DNA of 64,000 bases from an uncultured Gemmatimonadales bacterium. Its GTDB lineage: Bacteria > Gemmatimonadota > Gemmatimonadetes > Longimicrobiales > Gaopeijiaceae. The DNA is taken from the NCBI GenBank assembly GCA_963809895.1, contig CAWELD010000010.1, positions 544,001-608,000 on the forward strand, read 5' to 3'. The position numbers and the translations under genes are program-made. Below the pieces are notes generated by a model, which was not told where the DNA came from, did not search any database, and was given only the letters and a program-made list of their open reading frames with translations. How positions within the stretch are numbered: the stretch's first letter is position 1; each line of letters opens with the position of its first letter. Positions 20,654 to 30,244 of the stretch are shown piece after piece.

Positions 20654-20986
20654 ATGAGCGACGCGCCTCTCAAACCCCAGTCGTTCCAGGTCCTTCTGGC
20701 GCTTGCCGAAGAGGCCCGCCACGGGTTCGCCATCCGCGAGGCCGTGGAGGCGCGTACCGAGGGTGGCGTGGTGCTGTGGCCCGCGACTCTGTACGGGCTG
20801 CTGCGGGATCTTTCGGCCGAAGGCCTGATCGAGGAGTTGCCGCCGGCTCGGGTGGACGACGACGATGGACGTCGAAAGTACTACGGGCTCACGCCGAACG
20901 GTCGGGAACGGCTGCGGGCGGAGGCCGATCGCCTCGCGGGCTGGGCCGAAGCCGCCCGCCAGGGGCTGCAAACCAGCGAGGGGTGA
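20654..20986 (+). CDS. PadR-family transcriptional regulator
   Basis: RHGFAI, PATLYGLL and RRKYYGLTPNG. Confidence 0.9.
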   Translation: MSDAPLKPQSFQVLLALAEEARHGFAIREAVEARTEGGVVLWPATLYGLLRDLSAEGLIEELPPARVDDDDGRRKYYGLTPNGRERLRAEADRLAGWAEAARQGLQTSEG

Positions 20987-21018
20987 CCGACCCGGTGCCC
21001 TGGGGGCTCAGGTCCGGC

Positions 21019-21708
21019 TCACGTGTCTGGCGAGTCCCAATCCGGTACAGCGCCCCCCGGCGCGTCACCCGTCGCGCCCTCGTCCGCGGGTGCGTCTTCG
21101 GATGCCGGCCGATTCGCCGGCGCGTCAGCCGCCGCCGGCCCATCCTCGGGCGGCTCACCCATGCTGTGCTCCGTGAGCAGCCGGCGCTCGGGGATCGCCA
21201 TGTCGTCCGAGGCCAGCTTGTCGATGCCATCCACGGTGATGGCCAGCAGGCCGTTCTCCTGCACTTCCACGAAGCCGCGCTTTCGGAGGTACCAGAGCGG
21301 GAAGGCCAGGTGCTCGCGAGGGGTGCCCAGGGTCCGTTCGAGGTGCGAGGGAGCGAGCCCGGCCTTGTCCGGGTCGTTGCGTCGGGCGATGTAGAGGAGC
21401 GACAGCAGGGCGTGGAACAGTCTTTGATCGTCGTCACGGTCCGTCTCGGCCGTGTCCTGCCGGAAGATCTGCCAGCGGTCCGCCCGGTCCTGTTCGTACC
21501 TCGCGTCATAGGCGGCCCGGGCCTCGGGATCCGAGAGCACCTCGTACGCCTCGCGCACTTCGTTGAAGCGCCGCGCGTCGCCCGAGACGTTGTTGTCGGG
21601 GTGATATCGCTTGGCCAGGTGCCGAAACACCCGCTCGATCGTCTCGGGATCGGCCGCCGAGCTCAGCTGGAGGATTTCGTAGTAGTCCGACGATGGGCGC
21701 TCAACCAT
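21019..21708 (-). CDS. J-domain (DnaJ-like) protein with a C-terminal helix-turn-helix-like region
   Basis: DYYEILQ, KRYHPD and EAYEVLSDPEARAAYD. Confidence 0.85.
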   Translation of the reverse strand: MVERPSSDYYEILQLSSAADPETIERVFRHLAKRYHPDNNVSGDARRFNEVREAYEVLSDPEARAAYDARYEQDRADRWQIFRQDTAETDRDDDQRLFHALLSLLYIARRNDPDKAGLAPSHLERTLGTPREHLAFPLWYLRKRGFVEVQENGLLAITVDGIDKLASDDMAIPERRLLTEHSMGEPPEDGPAAADAPANRPASEDAPADEGATGDAPGGAVPDWDSPDT

Positions 21709-21712
21709 GGGA

Positions 21713-24700
21713 TCAGCCGCCCCCCCCGGTGCGCCCGGGCCGCCGCCACCGGATCGGCGCCGCGGGCTCCGGCTGCAGCTCCACGGCCTCGGTTTGAAGC
21801 AGGCGCAGCGCCTCCTCGACCGCCGCCTCGAGCTGGGCATCGCGGCCCGCGGCCAGCGAGGCCGGATCGTTCTTCACCTCGATGTCCGGGGCGATGCCCT
21901 TGCCCTCGACGTCCCATTCGCCGTCGACGTTGTAGAATCCCCCGCGAGGAGCCACCATGCGGCCCCCGTCCAGCAGCGGAGGCGTATCCCAGGTGCCGAC
22001 CAGCCCACCCCAGGTGCGCGCACCGACCAGCGGCCCGATCTGCTTGAAGCGGAACAGGTAGGGCATGAGATCTCCGCCGGACCCGGCCCGTTCGTTGATC
22101 ACCATCACCTTGGGTCCCCACAGTCCCGCCATGGGCTGCGTGAAGGGACGATGGTCCCCGGCCCTCGAGTTGAAGTAGCCGGTGAGCTCGCGGCCCAGGA
22201 CGTCGATGATGTAGTCCGCTGCCGAGCCCCCGCCGTTGTTGCGCTCGTCGATGACCGCGCCCTTTCGGTCCTGCTGCGCGAAGTACATGCGGTTGAAGTA
22301 GCTGTAGCCGCCCTGTCCGGTGTTGGGGAGCCAGACGTAGGCCAGGCGCCCGTCGCTGAGCTCGTCCACCAGACGGCGGTTGTGCTCCACCCAGGCCCAG
22401 GTGCGGAGCTGGCCTTCGTTGCCGGTGGGCTCCACCAGCACGTCGCGAGCGCCGTCCATGCTCGGGGTGTCGTTCACGGTCACGCGGATGGTGCGGCCCG
22501 CGGTCCCCTCCAGCAGTTGGAACGGATTCGTGGGCCAGCGGAGCTCCCGGCCGTCGATGGCCAACAGGTAGTCGCCTTCGCGCACGTTCTGCCCCGGCAC
22601 GGCCAGCGGCCCGGTGAGCCCCGGCGTCCACTCCTCGCCGGAGTAGACGCGCGCGACGCGGTAGGCGTCTCCGTCACGCTCCAGATCCACGCCCAGGAGT
22701 CCGGTGCGGGGATTCTCCAGATCCGGATAGTCGCCACCGGATACGTAGGAGTGCCCGATGGACACCTCGCCGCTCACGATGTCCAGGACGTAGTTGAAGT
22801 CCGAGCGGTGATCCACGCCCTCGAGCCAGGGCGAGTACCAATCCCAGATCTCGTTCCAGGGCGCGCCGTGGGTGTTGTCCACGTAGAGGAAGTCGCGCAT
22901 GAAGCGCCACCCCTCGCGAAGCATCTGAGTCCATTCGGCCCGAGGCTCGATGTGGATGCGCAGGTCGGAGAGGGCGAGCCGCCCCTCGCCGTTGCGGGGT
23001 GGCTGGCCACCGGCGTCCGTGATGGCCCAGTAGGCGCCGGCGCGGTACAGGAGTTTCTTGTGGTCGTCGGAGACGGTGGCCTCGGCCACACCCTCCAGGA
23101 ACGTCTCGGACTCTGCGTCGTCGACGGTGTAACGGCGGAGCGTGAGGCCCGGCGTGTTGGGCACCGATTCGAAGACGAAGACCCGGCCGGCGGGCCCCTG
23201 CAGGAGTCCGCCGTAGTTCCGCGCCGGCAATCCCGGAGCATCCACGATGCGTCCGGCCAGACCGTCGAAGTCGATGCGCACCTCGGGCGGCGTCGGAGCG
23301 GTCCCGGTGCCGCCGCCTCGCCCTCCGCCAGCCGCGCTGTCCGGCGTTGGCTCGGGCGTGCTCGTCTCCTCGTCACTCCGCGCCCGGAAGGGGGATTCCT
23401 CGTCGCTCCGGAGCAGGGCCAGGTAGAGGGAGCGCGTCACGGGACGATCGAACGACGTCATGTCCAGCCAACCGGTGTTCAGGCCGTAGTCGGTGGACGC
23501 CAGGAAGTAGAGGTAGCGCCCGCCGGCGTCCCACACCGGTGTGATGGCGTCGGCCATGCCGTCGGTGAGCTGATGCGCCTCACCCGCCTGGATGTCGTAC
23601 ACGAAGACGGCACGGAGCTGGTTGTCGAGCCGGCGCGCGTAGGCGATCCAGCGGCTGTCCGGCGACCAGACCGGGTTCATGCTGCGCTCGGGATGGGCGT
23701 AGCGGTCGGTGTCCACGTGGGTGACCTCGCCCGACGCCACGTCCACCACCAGCAGGCGGTAGTCGGTATCGGTGAAGGCCAGCCTGGAACCGTCGGGCGA
23801 CCAGGTGGGCAGGAAATAGAACGAGGGGTCGTCCAGCGCGATGCGGCGCGGATTCGCTCCGTCCTGGTCGGCGATCACCAGGCCGTACTCCCCGCCCTGG
23901 TCGCTGAACCACGCCACGTGCGCACCGTCGGGCGACCATACCGGCGAACGGTCGGCCACGCCGGAGCTGCGGGTGAGGTTGCGCCAGCTTCCTTCGTCGG
24001 CGGGGACGGTGAAGATGTCACCGCGGTATTCGAAGAGGGCGCGCTTACCGGTCGGCGAGAGCCGTGCGTTGGTGAGCCGGGCAGCGGACACCGCCTCCCA
24101 GCGTGGGCGGGCCCAGTTGAGGTCGCCGGCCACCCGGATGTCCAGGCGTCGCGTGGCGTCGGTGGCGGGGTCGAGCTCGTGGAGCCAGCCAGCCTGCTCG
24201 TACACCACGACCCCGTCGTGGGCGTCCATGCTCTTCACGTCGAAGTCGGCGTGGTGGGTGTGCTGCTTCAGCTCGCCGGTGGCGGGATTCCAGGACCAGA
24301 CGTTGTTGGCCCAGTCACGCTCGGACAGGAAGTAGACCACGCCGTCCATCCAGGCGGGATCGGTCTGACGCTCGCCTTCCCAGGGCGGCGTGCGGCGCTC
24401 CAGGGTCGTCAGGTCGACGACGCTGATGGGTTGCGCCTGGCCGCCCCGGTAGTTCCTCCACTCCGGATCCCAGAATCCCACCTCCTGATACGCCGCCATG
24501 GCGCCGTCGGCTGAGAGCGCGCCGGCGTAGGCCCGGGGGATGGGCAGCGCCTCGGGCAGCCCACCGTCCAGACCCACGGTGTAGAAGCGCCAGAGCTGTG
24601 TGGGATGTCCCTCACGGCCGGACTGGAAGACGACTTTGCCGTCCGGGGTCCACCCCTGCACGACGTCGGCGCCCGGGTGCCAGGTGAGACGGCGTGGCTG

Positions 24701-25003
24701 GCCTCCCTCGGCGGGCACCACGTACACGTCGGTGTTGCCCCCGTACTGCCCGCTGAAGGCCACCCAGCGGCCGTCGGGCGAGAAGTGGGGATCGGTCTCG
24801 GCCCCGTCGGCGCTGGTCAGGCGCATGGCGCCGCCCCCCTGGCGTCCCACGATCCAGAGGTCGTTGGCATGGACGAAGGCGATGTGCGTGTCGCTCACCG
24901 TCGGCTCGCGCAGCAGGCGAGTCCCCTGGGCCGCCAAAGGGGCAGACTGAAGCGTGGCGGCGAGCACGACACCGGCGTGGGCGAGAAGGGACAGCGGGCG
25001 CAT
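21713..25003 (-). CDS. Tricorn-type S41 protease (beta-propellers, PDZ, catalytic domain)
   Basis: PD40 repeats (FSPDGRW), GEVSIGHSY, DERNNGGG, AGSGGD and RTWGG. Confidence 0.93.
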   Translation of the reverse strand: MRPLSLLAHAGVVLAATLQSAPLAAQGTRLLREPTVSDTHIAFVHANDLWIVGRQGGGAMRLTSADGAETDPHFSPDGRWVAFSGQYGGNTDVYVVPAEGGQPRRLTWHPGADVVQGWTPDGKVVFQSGREGHPTQLWRFYTVGLDGGLPEALPIPRAYAGALSADGAMAAYQEVGFWDPEWRNYRGGQAQPISVVDLTTLERRTPPWEGERQTDPAWMDGVVYFLSERDWANNVWSWNPATGELKQHTHHADFDVKSMDAHDGVVVYEQAGWLHELDPATDATRRLDIRVAGDLNWARPRWEAVSAARLTNARLSPTGKRALFEYRGDIFTVPADEGSWRNLTRSSGVADRSPVWSPDGAHVAWFSDQGGEYGLVIADQDGANPRRIALDDPSFYFLPTWSPDGSRLAFTDTDYRLLVVDVASGEVTHVDTDRYAHPERSMNPVWSPDSRWIAYARRLDNQLRAVFVYDIQAGEAHQLTDGMADAITPVWDAGGRYLYFLASTDYGLNTGWLDMTSFDRPVTRSLYLALLRSDEESPFRARSDEETSTPEPTPDSAAGGGRGGGTGTAPTPPEVRIDFDGLAGRIVDAPGLPARNYGGLLQGPAGRVFVFESVPNTPGLTLRRYTVDDAESETFLEGVAEATVSDDHKKLLYRAGAYWAITDAGGQPPRNGEGRLALSDLRIHIEPRAEWTQMLREGWRFMRDFLYVDNTHGAPWNEIWDWYSPWLEGVDHRSDFNYVLDIVSGEVSIGHSYVSGGDYPDLENPRTGLLGVDLERDGDAYRVARVYSGEEWTPGLTGPLAVPGQNVREGDYLLAIDGRELRWPTNPFQLLEGTAGRTIRVTVNDTPSMDGARDVLVEPTGNEGQLRTWAWVEHNRRLVDELSDGRLAYVWLPNTGQGGYSYFNRMYFAQQDRKGAVIDERNNGGGSAADYIIDVLGRELTGYFNSRAGDHRPFTQPMAGLWGPKVMVINERAGSGGDLMPYLFRFKQIGPLVGARTWGGLVGTWDTPPLLDGGRMVAPRGGFYNVDGEWDVEGKGIAPDIEVKNDPASLAAGRDAQLEAAVEEALRLLQTEAVELQPEPAAPIRWRRPGRTGGGG

Positions 25004-25164
25004 GCGGATCTCCCGTGGTGGAGCGAGTGCCAGAAGGGAGGTGGATGACAGCAGAGTAGGCGTCGGGGCCCCCCACCCGCCACCCCGTCCTTGCCCGTCT
25101 CGCGGTGGGCACCGCATCATCCCTCGTCCCGCGCGGTCCCGCCCTCTCCCCCCAAGGTCGCACC

Positions 25165-27606
25165 GTGGCTTCTCAGCGTCGCGTGATCTTCCGCCCCACG
25201 GCCTGGCTGGCCTTTGCGGCGTACCTGGCGCTGGGGTTCCTGACCCTCCGGCCGGAGTGGTTCGGCGCCGACCTGCACCTTCGGCGCGTGGTGTGGCTCT
25301 CCAGCGGCGTCGGGCTGGCCGCGGTGCTCCGCATGGGACCGGGGATCTGGCCGCTGGTCGCGCTGGCCGAGGTCATCATCACCCTGTTCACCAGCACGGC
25401 ACCGCTCCACGCCCTGGGAACGGCGCTCGGGAACAGCCTGGAGGTGCTGCTCGCGTGGTCGCTGCTCCGCGTGGTGGGCATGAACCCGGACCTGCGCCGC
25501 TGGTGGGACGTGGCGGCTCTGGTTCTGGTGGCGGCGGGGGTGGCCGCCTGGCTGGGGGCGGGCGTCTCGACGCTCTCGCTCGTGGTGTTCGAGGGAGTCC
25601 CGTGGAGCTCGTTCCAACGCATCTGGATCCTGTGGTGGCTCACCCACGCCAACGGGATGATCCTTGCGGCTCCCTTCCTATTGGCCATCGGCTCCCGCCA
25701 GTCTCCCTGGACGGGTTCGCGTCGCCTGGAGGCGGTGGTGCTCGCCGTGGGCCTGGTCGTGCTGGGGGCCCTGGTGTTCGCGTCGAACTCTCCGGCCGAT
25801 GTCGGGCGCCGGCTGCTCTACGCACCCTTCCCGTTCCTGTTGTGGGCCGCGTTCCGGTTCGGGCTTCTGGGCGCCTCCGCGGCCAACCTGCTCCTCTCCA
25901 CCCTGGCCATGCTGGGAACGGCCGCCGACCGGGGACCCTTCGTCGCGGGCACGGACAACCAGACGCTCTTTCAGCTCTGGGTCTTCGTGGCGGTGAACGC
26001 CATCACGGCGCTGCTGGTGGCGGGGATGGTGGAGGAGCGTCGGCGCACCGCTCACGCGCTGTCGCGAAGCGAGGGACACCTCCGCTCGGTGGTGGAAGCC
26101 ACGGCCGACGCGCTGGTCGCGGTGGACGCTGACGGCCGCGTGTCGTTCACCAACCAGCGCTTCGACAGTCTGTGGGATCCCGAGGGGGGCGTGGCTCCCC
26201 AGGGGTCGTTGGATCCGGAGGATCCCCGGGTGGAGCGGCTCATGGCGGGGCCCAGCGAAGATCCCTTTCCCACGCTGCGGTCTTCGCATCGGACCCTCCT
26301 GGATCACGTCCGCTTCGAGGACGGACGGACCTTCGAGCGCTTCAGCGCGCCGCTGGTGCGGCAGGGACGGGTCACCGGGCGCATCTGGTCCTTCCGCGAT
26401 CTCACGGAGCGCCGCCGGGCCGAGGAGGAGCGGCAGCGCCTGGAGCAGCAGGTCCAGCACGCGCAGAAGCTGGAGAGCCTGGGCGTGCTGGCCGGGGGCA
26501 TCGCCCACGACTTCAACAACCTGCTGGTCGCCATCATGGGCAACGCCGATCTGGCGGAGGGCGCGCTGGAGAGCACGCATCCGGCCCGGGATCCTGTGGA
26601 GGAGGTCCTGCGCGCGTCGCAGCGGGCCGCCGACCTGTGCCAGCAGATGCTCGCCTACGCCGGCAAGGGACGGGTCCAGGTGGGCCCCGTGGATCTCAAC
26701 GAGGTCGTGCAGGAGATGGGTGAGCTCATGGGCGTGTCCATCTCCAAGGGGGCCCGGCTGCGTCTCGACCTGTCGACCGGGTTGCCCCCGGTCCGGGGCG
26801 ACGTGGTGCAGCTCCGCCAGGTCGTGCTCAACCTGCTCACCAACGCGTCGGATGCCCTGGACCGGGGTGAAGGCGAGATCCGCATGTCGACCTACTCGGC
26901 GGCACCGCACGACTTCGATCCTTCGGCGTCGGTGCTCGACGAGCGGCCCGGTTCCAGGCGGCTCCTGGCCCTGGAGGTCACGGATACCGGCATCGGTATG
27001 GACGAAGGCACACGCGCCCGCATCTTCGATCCCTTCTTCAGCACCAAGGCCCAGGGTCGGGGACTCGGACTGGCGGCGGTCCTGGGGATCGTGCGAGGGC
27101 ACCGGGGCACGCTGGAGCTGTGGAGCCAGCCGGACGGGGGCACGCGCGTGCGCGTGTTGCTTCCGGCCCTGGATTCGGACGTGCGCGCGGACGAGATCCC
27201 GACGCCCGAGCCCCTGGCGCCCGAGATGCCCGACGGCCGCCTCCGGGGCACGGTGCTCGTGGTGGACGACGAGGACCCGGTGCGCACGGTGGCGTCGCGC
27301 ATGCTGCGCGAGGCCGGCCTGACCGTGGTGGAGGCGGCCGATGGCCGCGAGGCGTTGGACCGCTTCGCCACCCTGGGCGGCGAGGTGGACGTGGTCCTGC
27401 TGGACCTCACCATGCCTCGCCTGGGCGGTGTGGAGACGGCGCGCGAGCTCACGCGTCTCGCTCCCGACCTGGCCATCATCCTGTCCACCGGCTACAGCGA
27501 CGCAGGCGCCCGCGACGAGGTGGCCGACGGCCTGCCGGTGCTCCGCAAACCGTACCGGCGGAGCGCACTGCTGAGCCGCATCCGCGACGCGCTGGAAGGG
27601 TCGTAG
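25165..27606 (+). CDS. MASE1-PAS hybrid sensor histidine kinase with receiver domain
   Basis: TM-rich N-terminus; AGGIAHDFNNLL H-box; NLLTNASDA; DTGIG; VVDDE...DLTMP receiver. Start is approximate. Confidence 0.9.
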   Translation: MASQRRVIFRPTAWLAFAAYLALGFLTLRPEWFGADLHLRRVVWLSSGVGLAAVLRMGPGIWPLVALAEVIITLFTSTAPLHALGTALGNSLEVLLAWSLLRVVGMNPDLRRWWDVAALVLVAAGVAAWLGAGVSTLSLVVFEGVPWSSFQRIWILWWLTHANGMILAAPFLLAIGSRQSPWTGSRRLEAVVLAVGLVVLGALVFASNSPADVGRRLLYAPFPFLLWAAFRFGLLGASAANLLLSTLAMLGTAADRGPFVAGTDNQTLFQLWVFVAVNAITALLVAGMVEERRRTAHALSRSEGHLRSVVEATADALVAVDADGRVSFTNQRFDSLWDPEGGVAPQGSLDPEDPRVERLMAGPSEDPFPTLRSSHRTLLDHVRFEDGRTFERFSAPLVRQGRVTGRIWSFRDLTERRRAEEERQRLEQQVQHAQKLESLGVLAGGIAHDFNNLLVAIMGNADLAEGALESTHPARDPVEEVLRASQRAADLCQQMLAYAGKGRVQVGPVDLNEVVQEMGELMGVSISKGARLRLDLSTGLPPVRGDVVQLRQVVLNLLTNASDALDRGEGEIRMSTYSAAPHDFDPSASVLDERPGSRRLLALEVTDTGIGMDEGTRARIFDPFFSTKAQGRGLGLAAVLGIVRGHRGTLELWSQPDGGTRVRVLLPALDSDVRADEIPTPEPLAPEMPDGRLRGTVLVVDDEDPVRTVASRMLREAGLTVVEAADGREALDRFATLGGEVDVVLLDLTMPRLGGVETARELTRLAPDLAIILSTGYSDAGARDEVADGLPVLRKPYRRSALLSRIRDALEGS

Positions 27607-27651
27607 CCCACGAGCCGTGGCGGGCCCCCCGCGCGGGGCCCGGTTCCTCCG

Positions 27652-30228
27652 TCAGCCCACCCGTTCCAGGAGGCGCTCGAGGACGGCCAGCAGTTCGGGC
27701 CTCAGCTCCAGAACGGGCAACAGGGGATCCTCACCCAGCGCTTCCATGCGACCCGGCGCATCCAGGAGCGTGAAGTCCCGGGGACCCAGCTCGGGCGTCA
27801 CCTCGTCCCAGGTGAGGGGCATGCTCACCGAGCCTTCGGGCACCGGCCGGGTGGAGAAGGGCGCCACCAGCAGCTTACCCCATCCGTTCTGCAGGTAGTC
27901 CACGTACACCTTGCCGTCACGCTGCTCGATGGAGCGGGCCACCGTGGCGATGTCGCCCCGCTCCTGCACGACCACCGTGGCCAGGAGCTGGGCGAGCTGG
28001 CGGGTCTGGTCGTGGGTGAGCTGGCCGCCTAGCGGCACCAGCAGGTGAAGCCCCGACGAGCCTGTGGTCTTCACGAACAGGGGCAGGTCGATCTCGTCAC
28101 AGATCCCGCGCAGCGCCAGCGCCACCTCCACCACGTGCTCGAAGGGCGCTTCCTTGGGATCCAGGTCCAGGATGCACCAGTCGGGACGGCCCAGATCGGT
28201 GACCCTGCTCGACCACAGATGCATGAGGAGCGCAGCCGAGTTGGCCACGTACAGGAGCCCCTCCACGCCGTTCAGGACGAAGTAGTCCAGGTCCCGCTCC
28301 GAGCCTTCGCTGTAGACCGTCTCGGTGCGGAGCCACTCCGGTGCCCAGTCCGGGGCGTTCTTCTGGAAGAACGAGTTGCCGTGGATGCCGTCGGGATACC
28401 GCGTCAGCACGAGGCAGCGGTCCTTCAGGTAGGGGAGCATCCAGGGGGCGATGGCCCGGTAGTAGTCGATGACCTGGCCCTTGGTGATCCCGGCCTCCGG
28501 ATAGAGCACCTTGTCCAGGTTGGTGAAGGCCACGGTGCGTTCCACCCCGCCGGTGACCGGGGCGGGCTCGGGCAGCAGCGCTTCGGCATCCTCGTCCTCG
28601 TGGCCCTCGGTGCGGGCCGGCGCCGCGCCGGCGTCCATCAGGCACTCCTGGGGCGGCTTGTCGTCGCGGAGACGCTGGAACGAAGGATGCCGCACCAGTC
28701 CGGCGCCGGTGAGCTCCTTGAAGCGCACTTCGGCCACGAGCTCGGGCTGGACCCAGTGATGGCCCCGGCCCCGGGGCATCTCGTCGCCCGTGCACGGTGC
28801 ATCGTCGCGCTCCAGAGGCTCCAGGCGCGCCAGGATGTCGTCGAGCTGCGCATCGCTGAAGCCCGTGCCCACGCTTCCCATGTAGCGGAGCTCGGCAGCG
28901 GCCTCGCCGGGCACGCCGGCCCACTGCGCCAGGTGCAGCGCGCCGAAGCCGCTGCGGGATCCCTTGGGATCGGTCCAGCCCACCACGACGAAGTCATCGG
29001 TCCGGACCGTGCGGATCTTGTACCAGTTGGTGGAGCGGCCGGCGGCGTAGCGGGCATCGGCCTTCTTGGCCACCACACCCTCGATGCGGAGCTTGGCGGC
29101 GTGCTGGAAGACCGCTTCGCCCTCGCGCTCGATATGCTCCGAATAGCGGACGGGGCCCACGGTCGGGAGCACCTCGCGCAGCAGGCGCTTGCGCTCCACC
29201 AGGGGGAGCGGGCGCAGGTCCAATCCCCCGAAAGACAGCAGGTCGAAGGCGTAGTAGGTGGCCGGAAGCTGGACGGCCGCTACGGCGATGTCGGTGCGGC
29301 GTTGCAGCCGCCCGCGCTTCTGGAGGAGCGAGAAGGAGGGCATCCCGGTGGCGTCGTGGACCACCACCTCTCCGTCCAGGATCATCCCCTCGTAGGGAAG
29401 CCCCCGCACTGCCCGGGCGATCTCGGGGAAGGTCTCGGTGAGGTCGTTGCCGTTGCGGGACCAGAGCGTGGCGCCGGCGCCGGTGCGCTCGGCGACGATG
29501 CGGTAGCCGTCGTACTTGATCTCGAAGAGCCAGCCGTCTCGGGTGAAGGCCTCCTCGCGGGGCGTGGCCAGCATGACCTTCACGTCCGTGCCCCGGACGG
29601 ATTTCTTCTTCGCGCCCGCCTCGGACGCCTGGGCCGCGATGCGGGACTCCTTGGCGCCGGGATCGGCGAGCTCGTCGACGGTGAGCCCCGACAGAATCGA
29701 GTCCGGCGGATAGACTTCGGTGCCGCCCTCGTCCACCAGGGCGTCGCGCTCCTTGATGAGCAGCCAGTGGTTGTCGCCGGCCCGGGGTGTGTGCACCAGC
29801 GTCCAGAGTCCCTTGAGCTTGTAGCCGCGCAGCTCGAAGAGGAGCTTGCCCTGGTCCAGTCCGTGCTTGTCGCCGGGAATCTCGATCCACACCCCTTTGT
29901 CCCAACAGATGGAGGGGCCGGCCCCGTACTGGCCCTCGGGGATGACGCCCTCGAACTCCGCGTATTCGAGGGGATGGGGCTCGACGTGCATGGCGAGCCG
30001 TTTGTCGGCGGGGTTCGGCGAGGGACCCTTGGGTACGGCCCAGGATTCCAGCGCGCCGTTCATCTCCAGGCGCAGGTCCCAGTGCAGGTTCCGTGCGTCG
30101 TGGAGCTGCACGACGAACAGGCGAGGCCCGGGAGGACCACCCTCCTCACGATCTCGCCCGAACGGCTCCGGGGTGGCGCCGGCAGCGCGCTTCTTCCGGT
30201 AGCGCTCCAGGCGGTCGGAGGAGGGCAC
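27652..30228 (-). CDS. ligD: NHEJ DNA ligase D (PE-LIG-POL)
   Basis: HDARNLHWDLRLE and SWAVPKGP (PE); EIKYDGYR (LIG); RYPDG, DLDP, KTTGSSGLH (POL). Confidence 0.95.
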   Translation of the reverse strand: MPSSDRLERYRKKRAAGATPEPFGRDREEGGPPGPRLFVVQLHDARNLHWDLRLEMNGALESWAVPKGPSPNPADKRLAMHVEPHPLEYAEFEGVIPEGQYGAGPSICWDKGVWIEIPGDKHGLDQGKLLFELRGYKLKGLWTLVHTPRAGDNHWLLIKERDALVDEGGTEVYPPDSILSGLTVDELADPGAKESRIAAQASEAGAKKKSVRGTDVKVMLATPREEAFTRDGWLFEIKYDGYRIVAERTGAGATLWSRNGNDLTETFPEIARAVRGLPYEGMILDGEVVVHDATGMPSFSLLQKRGRLQRRTDIAVAAVQLPATYYAFDLLSFGGLDLRPLPLVERKRLLREVLPTVGPVRYSEHIEREGEAVFQHAAKLRIEGVVAKKADARYAAGRSTNWYKIRTVRTDDFVVVGWTDPKGSRSGFGALHLAQWAGVPGEAAAELRYMGSVGTGFSDAQLDDILARLEPLERDDAPCTGDEMPRGRGHHWVQPELVAEVRFKELTGAGLVRHPSFQRLRDDKPPQECLMDAGAAPARTEGHEDEDAEALLPEPAPVTGGVERTVAFTNLDKVLYPEAGITKGQVIDYYRAIAPWMLPYLKDRCLVLTRYPDGIHGNSFFQKNAPDWAPEWLRTETVYSEGSERDLDYFVLNGVEGLLYVANSAALLMHLWSSRVTDLGRPDWCILDLDPKEAPFEHVVEVALALRGICDEIDLPLFVKTTGSSGLHLLVPLGGQLTHDQTRQLAQLLATVVVQERGDIATVARSIEQRDGKVYVDYLQNGWGKLLVAPFSTRPVPEGSVSMPLTWDEVTPELGPRDFTLLDAPGRMEALGEDPLLPVLELRPELLAVLERLLERVG

Positions 30229-30244
30229 GGGGTGGCGCTCGGGG

